Shown piece after piece: positions 50,301-58,195 of a DNA stretch of 64,000 nucleotides. The stretch's first letter is position 1. Every line of letters begins with the position of its first letter. Source of the stretch: Myxococcota bacterium (GTDB lineage: Bacteria; Myxococcota_A; SURF-8; G963663525); contig CAXXVK010000067.1 in assembly GCA_963676915.2 (NCBI GenBank), forward strand, positions 1 through 64,000, written 5' to 3'. A model generated the notes under the pieces. That model was not told the origin of the DNA. It was given only the letters and a program-made list of their open reading frames with translations, and made no database searches. The position numbers were made by a program, and so were the translations under genes.

Positions 50301-50370
50301 GCAGGTTCAGCAAACGCAGACGCACGCCTTCCAGCAGTTCGAAGATTCGTTCGTCATGGGAGTTTTTCAT
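47350..50370 (-). CDS. DUF4175-family membrane-anchored coiled-coil protein
   Basis: N-terminal TM helices, RLLSATEL, YPAYT, DRVPQV, EDDFGL, PGDQVSYYIEAMDND, long Q/E/M-rich coiled coil, PEQYEGQIRSWY end. Confidence 0.82.
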   Translation of the reverse strand: MKNSHDERIFELLEGVRLRLLNLLALHFVLGTILAASVTGLWAVLLVHFGVGNPWLKPLVLLPPFLWGSYLFLRYLFYPIREYRRPIRVAGWIEQHKPSFHDRLLSATELALELQDEREKDYSAALARRTVDDLGTELEHVGTKGFAGWRNILKPFAMTALSVAVAATVWLAWPAGWQRAWASLASTSGDSNLLDSMASFLAGDIRLTYTYPAYTNLEPRVLSNSSGTIEAYKGTRVTLAVTSSIDADEALLERENGEAVPLNPKGNRQFEGSFILNEADRYRFVFDGEPDARRQSIKLIADRVPQVAIDFPETELEVRDTDKIDVTFRVEDDFGLTGVQLVYSYDTGKGRKDVQVPVESFKNNRRSYQGSTLWDLAGTVWQPGDQVSYYIEAMDNDSVSGPKRGVSATHYLKIFSIYEHHEKLIARQEEIWESMIDILGDNLEKPADEWVKPTYESLSTFYTETGTEVNRRLVEPLREISAQMTEDPLSTKGVVALLENAAERFDELLKKFRRRLQNLELYKRRMTTFDGEQHMAVYNQKDLVETLETHIIALKDLIDKQRYDALVAETERLSEMREELHRLLKEYAATGDKALEKQLLERIAQMKQKISDLMNQLAQMNKMKPEEFTNMKARQEEQLNDLGQVEDMIRQGNLDDALAELEQMQQKLEEMLSDMQETSDELQEDLFGEQVKELEEFTRQVAQLENKQQEIKGDTDRQEEAYRQKLEQLMQKEYEKLSDDLAKKARASQKLLEDLDVGRFRLLQERKASALNKLDELAQLLENHDFGTSLDSAREAGRRIAELDVFTDPGQPKNAKQEQRAAKVKQASGNVEDIVQKLEEMMPTPEKLMGQKGREAMEQIGGEQQRLSQEAMGTRRSLEELMEKLPMMDPESENQMRQAHQAMHQAGEELKRFQPSPAGGRQQEALHQLGKLKESLQQTMQQMRSGNKPGKGRTHSGRRLSPEKVAIPEGKHTNEDLLEIQKAQGEKAPEQYEGQIRSWYREMMQQ

Positions 50371-51362
50371 CAGGAGACTGCCTTACCGATGCCGTACTTT
50401 CGTTTCAGTGAGACGATGCGAGCGGCGCTTTTTTCGACGCGTTGGGCGGTGGTTTCATCCCTTTTGGCTTTTTCGACCAATGCCTTGCCGAGCTTTCGCG
50501 CCAAACTGTAGGTATGGCAGACCAGCCAGAGATCCACTTCGGCATCCAGCAGTTTTTCCGTCAGTTTCGCCGGAGAATAGCGCCCGGCGATGGCTTTCAT
50601 TTCCAGATCGTCCGAAACAACCACGCCGTCGAAACCTAGTTCTTCACGTAAAATTCCGTGAAGAATGGTGCGCGACAACGTCGCCGGTTCGTTGGGGTCG
50701 ATATTCGAGTACAGAACGTGGGCGCTCATAAGCATGTCAATGCCGCTATGGATCGCTTTTTGGAACGGCTTCAGCTCGATACCATCGAGTCGTTTTCTGT
50801 TGTGATTCCAGACGGGTAGCTCATGATGGCTGTCGGCCAGCGTGTCGCCATGGCCGGGAAAATGTTTTCCGCAGGGAATCACGCCCGCCTGTTGCAATCC
50901 TTTAAAAAACGCCACGCCGAATTTTTCCACCGGTCGGACGTGAGCACCGAAAGCCCTGTCGCCGATCACGGTGTTTTTCGGGTTGGTTGCTACGTCGAGT
51001 ACCGGGGCAAAATCGCAGTTGATGCCCAATTCCAGCAATTTTTTCCCAAGACCGAAGGCCACTTTTTCGACTTCATTGGGCTTGAACATCCGGGCCATGG
51101 TTTTCGCAGGAGGTAGTTTGTATGGTGGCGAGGGCAGACGCATCACCCGCCCGCCTTCCTGGTCGATCCCTACAATGAGATCCCCACTAGCGAGTTCCTG
51201 GAGTTTTCCTACGAGATCCGCTGCCGCGTCGGGACTGGGGCAATTGCGAGCGAAGAGGATCACGCTACCGATCCGGCGTTCTTCGATCAGTCGGCGGAGT
51301 TCATCGTCAATTTCGGTTCCCGCGATCCCGCAACAAATCATCTGGCCTGCGTGTTCGAACAT
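50370..51362 (-). CDS. nagZ: Beta-N-acetylhexosaminidase (GH3)
   Basis: ILFARN, IDQEGGRV, FAPVLD, GKHFPGHGDTLADSH, SDDLEM. Confidence 0.94.
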   Translation of the reverse strand: MFEHAGQMICCGIAGTEIDDELRRLIEERRIGSVILFARNCPSPDAAADLVGKLQELASGDLIVGIDQEGGRVMRLPSPPYKLPPAKTMARMFKPNEVEKVAFGLGKKLLELGINCDFAPVLDVATNPKNTVIGDRAFGAHVRPVEKFGVAFFKGLQQAGVIPCGKHFPGHGDTLADSHHELPVWNHNRKRLDGIELKPFQKAIHSGIDMLMSAHVLYSNIDPNEPATLSRTILHGILREELGFDGVVVSDDLEMKAIAGRYSPAKLTEKLLDAEVDLWLVCHTYSLARKLGKALVEKAKRDETTAQRVEKSAARIVSLKRKYGIGKAVS

Positions 51363-53678
51363 CTAGCCGTTTCCTCTCACTATTTCTTCCAACAACGAGC
51401 GGGCCTGTTGCATTCCCCTCGGCCAATTTATTTCTCGGCTGATGCGATAACTTTGCCGTACGAAAGCCGTAGCTTCTTTTTTGTGTTTCTGCCGCCAGGA
51501 GAAGCGCGCCAGGAAATGACTGAACACCGCCTTGGAATGTCGATCTCCGGTCAGGTCGGAGTTGGCAAGTCCCAACTGTGCGTATTTCATGGCGTTTTTC
51601 AGATCACCACGTCCGAAATACAACGAGGCCATACGGCTTAACGCGGGAAGCAGGTGGGTGGCGTCTTGATCTTTGGAGCTTTGTTTCGAAAGGCGCTTCA
51701 ACAGGCTGTGCGCCGCTTCTTCCTGTCCTTGCGACAACAGCAGGTCGGCTTCGTCGAGGTAGATCGGCGAGGACCACCGCACGAGGCGGTCCAGGCGGTC
51801 TTCGGCGTTGCGGGCGATGGTCAAAGCCTCGGTAAGCTTCTGGTGAGCGTTGTTTTTTTCTCCCACCGCGCTGTAATAGCGTCCCCATTGGTGATTGACA
51901 AAGCTGACGAGCTTGGGATCTTTCGATTTGGCGGCTTCTTTTTGCGCCTTTTCCAAAACCTCCTGGACTTCTTTCCAGTTGTGGCTTTCCATCTCCAACT
52001 CGGCAATCGCGAGGAAACAATTCACAGCGGAATGCCGGGCTTGAAGATGTTCGACGGCGAACGTGATGCATTTTTGCAAAAGTTCTATCGCACGTTCGTG
52101 TTGTCCCATGGTTCTGCGACAACGTGCGGATTTTTGCATTAAATACAGCACTTTAAAATCGTAAATAGTTTTATCCGGGAACTTCTTCCGTAACGGTGTC
52201 AGGCAATTGGCCGCCTGTTCGTAAAATTCCGCCGCAATGGAGAATTGCAACTGATCGGCGAGCCGATCACCCTGGGATTCAAGCTTGCGAATACGCGCAG
52301 GAGTATCGACGGCGACCCAGGCTTCGTGATGCAACAGGGAAACTCCGGCAATGTAAGCGGGTTTGCTGCTTTGCAGCGATAAAAAACCCACCACCCGATT
52401 GTGTAAATGAAGCAGGGGAGTGGTGCCCGCCAGTTTCCAGATGGATTCCCGTTGGATTTCATAATGCAAGCGCACGAATTTACGGTCTTTTTCGGTAATA
52501 AGTCGAATCCAGCGCATGTCTTTCAGGAATTCAATATCCTCGTCGAATTTATCCGAGCGGGAATACAGCACCCCAAGTGCTTCGGGAGTAGCTTCGTCAC
52601 CTAAAAGTGCAATCCAGCTTACCAACTCTTGCAACGGTTCGGAAAGACTGGAGAAACGTGTGGAGTTGACCTCTTCGGACGATTTTGGCCATGGAATGTT
52701 CGAAGCCACTTCCAACAGCCCCCACGAACCGTTTCGCTCGAACAGCATTCCTTGTTCTTCGAGATAGTCGATCAATAGTAACGCCAACTGGGGATTTCCG
52801 TCGCTCTCCTTGATAATCTGTCGTTTGATCGTGTCCGAAAAGCGAGTCGATCCCAGCCGGTTGGCCACGACGGCCAATAAAGCACGGGGATCCATTGGTT
52901 TTATCGTGATTTCGTTTGCGGAGGAGTCTTCCGGGACTGTCAAATCACCGGGACGAAATCCAACGACCATCATCGCTTTCAAATCCGAAAGGTTGATGGG
53001 TAAACGAGAAATCACGCGTTTCGACATGGTGTCCATGTACATCGGATGATCCACGAGAAAGGCTGCCGGAGTCTTTTTCGCCAATCCGACCATCAATTTA
53101 ATGATGGCGCTTTCCAGTGTGGAAATGGCCGTTTCGTCGCGAATTTTCATTTTCGAGGCGTAGCCCTGGGACCAGGGAAGAAGCTGCCACAGGCTGCGGA
53201 TATCCATTTTTTGAAGTCCGAAACCTCGAAGCACGTTCATTTTTGCGGCCAATGCGCGGTGATCGTCCTGTTGGGAAAACTGGCAGACTTCTTCGAGAAT
53301 GGAAAGGAACGGTCCGAAATTCCACTTGTGGAGTTCGGGTACTCCCTCGATACGGTAAACCTTCAAACCCTGTGCGTGATAAAACGCCTGCAACTGATCG
53401 AGCAGATCGGTCTTGCCGAGGCCTGGCTCTCCCTGAATCCAGAGGGACTGCCCTTTGCCTTCCATTGCCTGATTCAAAAGGGGAGGGATGCGTTCGAGGA
53501 TTTCCTTGCGACCGACGAAACCCGGACGGACATCGAAAGGGATCGTAATCGATCCGGAAGCCGAAACCGAGGGTTCTTCTTGCGCTTCGATTTTGTGTCC
53601 GCAGTTGGGACAGAATTTGGCATCGACGGGTATCGGGGTTCGGCAGCCCGGACAGGGTTTTTCCATTGTACTCATCAT
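51363..53678 (-). CDS. Zinc-ribbon + AAA (STAND-like) ATPase + TPR protein
   Basis: CPGC...AKFCPNCG, FVGRKE, GEPGLGKT, SDGNP, C-terminal TPR helices. Start is between 53666 and 53768. Confidence 0.8.
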   Translation of the reverse strand: MMSTMEKPCPGCRTPIPVDAKFCPNCGHKIEAQEEPSVSASGSITIPFDVRPGFVGRKEILERIPPLLNQAMEGKGQSLWIQGEPGLGKTDLLDQLQAFYHAQGLKVYRIEGVPELHKWNFGPFLSILEEVCQFSQQDDHRALAAKMNVLRGFGLQKMDIRSLWQLLPWSQGYASKMKIRDETAISTLESAIIKLMVGLAKKTPAAFLVDHPMYMDTMSKRVISRLPINLSDLKAMMVVGFRPGDLTVPEDSSANEITIKPMDPRALLAVVANRLGSTRFSDTIKRQIIKESDGNPQLALLLIDYLEEQGMLFERNGSWGLLEVASNIPWPKSSEEVNSTRFSSLSEPLQELVSWIALLGDEATPEALGVLYSRSDKFDEDIEFLKDMRWIRLITEKDRKFVRLHYEIQRESIWKLAGTTPLLHLHNRVVGFLSLQSSKPAYIAGVSLLHHEAWVAVDTPARIRKLESQGDRLADQLQFSIAAEFYEQAANCLTPLRKKFPDKTIYDFKVLYLMQKSARCRRTMGQHERAIELLQKCITFAVEHLQARHSAVNCFLAIAELEMESHNWKEVQEVLEKAQKEAAKSKDPKLVSFVNHQWGRYYSAVGEKNNAHQKLTEALTIARNAEDRLDRLVRWSSPIYLDEADLLLSQGQEEAAHSLLKRLSKQSSKDQDATHLLPALSRMASLYFGRGDLKNAMKYAQLGLANSDLTGDRHSKAVFSHFLARFSWRQKHKKEATAFVRQSYRISREINWPRGMQQARSLLEEIVRGNG

Positions 53679-54050
53679 TCCAACCGGTTTGAAATGGGGT
53701 TGATATTTCCAAGGCGTATCGTACCTCAAGACGTGCCCGGACTTCAAGATGAATTCCCCGTTTTGCAAACGTGCGATTTTTTTATGAAAATCGTTGGTCA
53801 GCCAAGCTTTGCCTCACCATGGGGTCACGTGGGCTAATACATTTTTTCTAGCTTATTCATTTCTTCAATGCTTTTTAGAGAATCAGCGAATTCTCGATAT
53901 TTTATTTCATGTTTCCGTTGGAATCCTTTTCGGTAACTCCGGTTTTTCTTGCGAAAACCACCCTCTGCGGGTAGGTTCATACCGCGATTTCGGAAGGCTT
54001 TGTTTCACCATTTTACGTTTTTTTCGACGTTTTCACATTCGGGGATCACC

Positions 54051-55622
54051 ATGTCAACTGCAGATTTCATCGCTTATTCCATTGTTATCGGCGGAGTTCT
54101 CGCGTTTGCCGCGATTTTCTGGAGTTATTTCAAAGGACTGCGAAAATCTCCTCGCGACATGTGGTTCCTGTTCGGCTACAAATTCATCGAATATTCCGCC
54201 TACGGCGCGATGAATATGGCCATCATCCTCTGGTTGTCCAAAGACTGCGGCTTGGGGGATATCGTAGCGGGTAGCTACATTTCAGCCTGGTCGATGATGC
54301 TTTCGGTCATGGCGATGGTCGCCGGTGCGCTGGTCGATACCATCGGCATCAAACGAACATTGGTGATCAGCATCGTATTTTTGCTGATTTCCCGGTTCTT
54401 TATGGCCTTTGTCACCGATCCGGTCCTGGTTTTCTTCTTGGGATTTGTTCCGCTGGCGATCGGTTTTGCCATCGTCGGACCGCTTGTTTCGGTCGCGATC
54501 AAACGTTTCACGACAAAAGAAGGCGCCGCCCTGGGTTTCGGCTTGTTTTACGTGGTGATGAACATTGCTTACGCCGTCGGTGGCTGGTTGTTCGACTGGC
54601 TACGAGAAACTTTTGCAGAGCGCGATACTTTAGGCAAGATCATCAACGAAAACTTCGGTACCGAACTGATGGGAATGCATTTTACCACCTATCAGCTTTT
54701 CTTTGTCATGGGTTTCATTTTCACCCTGGGTAGCCTGTTCATCGCCATTTTCATTCGCGATGGCGTGGAAATGATGGATGACGGCGAGATCGTGGTTCAT
54801 CCTAAAACCGAATATGGCAGTGGACTTGAGTCTATTCGCAATGCCGCCATTGAAACCGCCAAAATGATCAAATCGGTCATTACGGAAAGATATTTCTGGA
54901 TTTTCTTGGGTATGTTGGCATTGACCCTGTTCGTTCGTTTTATTTTCTTCCATTTTCATTATACCTTCCCCAAATACGGCATTCGCGTCCTTGGCGAAGG
55001 AGCGAAAATCGGTTCGATTTACGGTGTCCTCAATCCGGTGCTAATCGTGTTTCTCGTGCCGCTGGTTGCCGCTTTTACGAAAAAAATCAGTTCGTACAAA
55101 ATGATGATCGTGGGGTCGGTTATTTCGGCTGGTTCGTGTTTCATCGCGACCATCCCCGCAGAAAGCCTTGCTCATTTGACCGATTCCGTTCTAGGCGAGT
55201 TGATTTTCATTAAATGGCTGGGAATGGCCGATACCATGGAAGCCTTGCTGCAGAATCCTCCCGTTCCCGAATACTGGCCGTTGATTTTCTTCATTACAGT
55301 GTTCACTGTGGGTGAAGCCATCTGGTCACCACGCCTGATGCAATTTACGGCGGAAATCGCACCGAAAGGAAAAGAAGGAACCTATATCGCTTTATCGGTG
55401 CTTCCTTTCTTCTTCGCAAAATTTGTGGTCGGGCCGATGTCGGGTTTGTTGTTGGATAAGTACGTTCCGGTAGACGAAGCCGGAAAGGCTATGGCTCCCT
55501 ATGCGGACCACCACATGGTGTGGATCTGGATCGGTGGCATGGCGATCTTCACTCCGATCGGGCTGCTGGTCTTCCGCAAGCTGTTCACACATAGCAACCC
55601 GGACGGCACCACAACGCTGTAA
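54051..55622 (+). CDS. MFS transporter (POT/peptide-transporter-like)
   Basis: KFIEYSAYG, GALVDTIGIKR, GFGLFYVVMNI, TVGEAIWSPR...APKGKEGTY; 12 or more TM helices. Confidence 0.88.
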   Translation: MSTADFIAYSIVIGGVLAFAAIFWSYFKGLRKSPRDMWFLFGYKFIEYSAYGAMNMAIILWLSKDCGLGDIVAGSYISAWSMMLSVMAMVAGALVDTIGIKRTLVISIVFLLISRFFMAFVTDPVLVFFLGFVPLAIGFAIVGPLVSVAIKRFTTKEGAALGFGLFYVVMNIAYAVGGWLFDWLRETFAERDTLGKIINENFGTELMGMHFTTYQLFFVMGFIFTLGSLFIAIFIRDGVEMMDDGEIVVHPKTEYGSGLESIRNAAIETAKMIKSVITERYFWIFLGMLALTLFVRFIFFHFHYTFPKYGIRVLGEGAKIGSIYGVLNPVLIVFLVPLVAAFTKKISSYKMMIVGSVISAGSCFIATIPAESLAHLTDSVLGELIFIKWLGMADTMEALLQNPPVPEYWPLIFFITVFTVGEAIWSPRLMQFTAEIAPKGKEGTYIALSVLPFFFAKFVVGPMSGLLLDKYVPVDEAGKAMAPYADHHMVWIWIGGMAIFTPIGLLVFRKLFTHSNPDGTTTL

Positions 55623-55693
55623 CCTGTCGAGTTCCTTCGGCTTCGTTTACGCGAGGCCGAAGAAAATTCAGATGCATTGACGAAATCTTGGAA

Positions 55694-58195
55694 TCAGTGA
55701 ATCGGATACGTGATTTTCTCGGCTGATTCCGGCAGGTTGTCCAAAAACGTTCTGTTTCGCTCAACCCACTGAAAAAGCCTATCGAGTTCTTCTCCATTGA
55801 GGCGATACAAGGCGATGTCTACCTCTGGAATCCAGGGACCGAGGTTTTCGATGTATCCACCGTCCGAGTACCGCCGATTCACGAAATGCGATTGCACGAC
55901 GGGCGGGGTTTTCGCCACACGGCGGACGGCTTCGCAGAGGGGATCGAGGTCCATGACTCGTGGGACGTGATAGCAACCCATTCCGAAATAAAAATAGACA
56001 TCCTTGTAATTTCTAGGTTTTTCGAAGAATTTCCCGAAATCCGCGAGCAACAGTTTCTTTCCTTCGAGATACGCCGCCCCCTGCAAAAGGTCGGCTGTGC
56101 GGAACAGTCGCTCGGTCGTGACGATTCCGCCGGGTTGTCCCGAGTATCGGCTGTCTGAGATCAGCAGGTGGCTGTCATTGGGTAGGACTTCGACCATGCG
56201 TTGCACGAATTCCGTTTCATTCTGGATATTGTGCCGTGTATCGGCGGTGAAACGCCTGTGCGTGACCAACGGGGATAACAAACAAGCCGCCAGAGCTACG
56301 GCCAGCGCCGCACGCAAATGCCCTTTCAGAGGGAGATTTTCGAGGAAAAATGCTGCTCCGACTCCGACTGATACGCACAGCAGCACCAGATAGCTCAGTT
56401 GGTACCGCAATCCTTCGGCCAGAATCAAGCCCGACTGGATGAGAATCAGTTGCGTTCCAAAGCCTGGAAGCAGCAAAAGCAGTGGTAATGCCACGGGAAT
56501 ATTTCGTTGAGTTCCCAAGGCTTTCGGGAGCAAAGAAAGGAGCCATAACGGGAAAAACACGAGGGGATAAAGCCCCACATCCATCCAGTAATTCCAATAC
56601 TCGCTTAACCATCCGTATTTTAGTCCGGTCGGCATATTGAAAGTTGTAACGAAAGGATACGGAACAAGTGGGTTGGGAGTTGCAACCAGCAACGGTCCTA
56701 GCCCCCGCGAGATCACAGCAAACAGCATCGTGGTCGTCAACGTGATGACGAATGCGATCCACAGCCAGCGACTGCGGGGCCATCGAGAAAATGCGGTGCG
56801 ACTGGACAGCGCCAACAGACCGAATGCCGTACACGTCACGGCGAAACTCAGCAGAATGGAAAAGAAATGACGCCTCGTTTCGGGATCGACGGTGTTCAGG
56901 TCGTTCGTCATCAAATAAAGATGCGGGAAAAGAAACAGAATCGAAACGAGTAACAAAGGCCAGCGTTTCAACAGGCGTCCCAAGGCATTTCGTTCGAGAA
57001 TCATGAAAAACTGAATCATCCCCGCCATCGCCGCCACGGTGGACGACTCTCCCCGACACTGCACGAACAGAAGCAGCGTGCAAAGAAACAAGGCAAGGTC
57101 CAGATTCTTGTCGCGCTCCAGCCAGGCGAGAAGATGCGCGAAACTCGCGGCCAACAACAGGCCCGCCATCGGACCGATCACAAGACCGTTGGAGAAGAAA
57201 ATCAGCGGTGGAAAAGCCAGAACGGCCAGGGCGGAAAAACTGCCTCCCCAAACGGTTCCGCTCAAGCGCCGACCGGCGGCATACGCGGGAATCACAGCCA
57301 GCGCACCCACCACGGCGTTTGCGGTGAATACCAACCGGCTGGAAGGTCCGAAAAGCTGCATCAGCAGATACAACGGCAGACGATAGGTGGGTTTGTAGCC
57401 CTGCCCGAGGTATACGTCCCAACCCTCAAAAGTCCAGATCGCCATGTCTTTGAGGTGGGTGAAATCTCCATGCCCGGAACCAATCGGCAACCGTTCTGAT
57501 GACAGTAGCCGAACCGCAAGTGCTGCCACGAAAAAGAAAGCCATTACGAGGAGTTCCCTCGTTTTTCCGTGCTTGATTCCACCTGCGAGAAGCCATGCAA
57601 GTCCCAATAGATAAAATGCCCAGACCGCCAGGATGACGATCTTGTTGACCAGAAACATCGGTTGATGATCGATGCCGTGATGGGGAAATGGCGTGAAAAT
57701 GTTCTGTTCGTTCGGTTGCAGTCGTTTGCGAAGATCGGGGCGAAGATCGGCGATGTTGCGGGCTTGTGTCGTGACGAATTCCGGGCATTTGTACAAATGA
57801 GGATCTTCCCCGAGACGGTTCAACGTGTCCTGAATGGCCTGATCCCACCTTGTTTTGTCGGTCGCATTGGAAGTGATTTCCGAAGAGGTCGCCAAATCTT
57901 TGCTATCGAGAATTCCGAACCAGACCAATGCTTTGGGTGGTCCTTCGGTTTCTCCGAGCAAAAGAATGGCGCCTTCTTGCGCCTTTTCCACATGTTGAAC
58001 CGGGAGGTTTCGTTCCTTCAGATGATCGGCCAGCGTCGAGAAATCGCAAGGAGATGTTGAATTCTGCGCCCAGGATTCTTGTGGCTGTGAAGCGATCGTT
58101 AGTAACAACGTTACCGCCAGCAACCAAAGGAATCCGAAGCGAAAAACGGGGAATTTGCTGCGATATTTCGCGTTTTTTCGCAACATCTCGGTCAT
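55694..58195 (-). CDS. Multi-TM membrane protein resembling GT-C (PMT/ArnT-like) glycosyltransferases
   Basis: Periplasmic N-domain, then ALAVRLL...GHGDF, YKPTY..., NAVVGALAVIPAYAAGRRL, QCRGE and RYQL, as in GT-C folds; its start overlaps the upstream stop (ATGA). Confidence 0.6.
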   Translation of the reverse strand: MTEMLRKNAKYRSKFPVFRFGFLWLLAVTLLLTIASQPQESWAQNSTSPCDFSTLADHLKERNLPVQHVEKAQEGAILLLGETEGPPKALVWFGILDSKDLATSSEITSNATDKTRWDQAIQDTLNRLGEDPHLYKCPEFVTTQARNIADLRPDLRKRLQPNEQNIFTPFPHHGIDHQPMFLVNKIVILAVWAFYLLGLAWLLAGGIKHGKTRELLVMAFFFVAALAVRLLSSERLPIGSGHGDFTHLKDMAIWTFEGWDVYLGQGYKPTYRLPLYLLMQLFGPSSRLVFTANAVVGALAVIPAYAAGRRLSGTVWGGSFSALAVLAFPPLIFFSNGLVIGPMAGLLLAASFAHLLAWLERDKNLDLALFLCTLLLFVQCRGESSTVAAMAGMIQFFMILERNALGRLLKRWPLLLVSILFLFPHLYLMTNDLNTVDPETRRHFFSILLSFAVTCTAFGLLALSSRTAFSRWPRSRWLWIAFVITLTTTMLFAVISRGLGPLLVATPNPLVPYPFVTTFNMPTGLKYGWLSEYWNYWMDVGLYPLVFFPLWLLSLLPKALGTQRNIPVALPLLLLLPGFGTQLILIQSGLILAEGLRYQLSYLVLLCVSVGVGAAFFLENLPLKGHLRAALAVALAACLLSPLVTHRRFTADTRHNIQNETEFVQRMVEVLPNDSHLLISDSRYSGQPGGIVTTERLFRTADLLQGAAYLEGKKLLLADFGKFFEKPRNYKDVYFYFGMGCYHVPRVMDLDPLCEAVRRVAKTPPVVQSHFVNRRYSDGGYIENLGPWIPEVDIALYRLNGEELDRLFQWVERNRTFLDNLPESAEKITYPIH

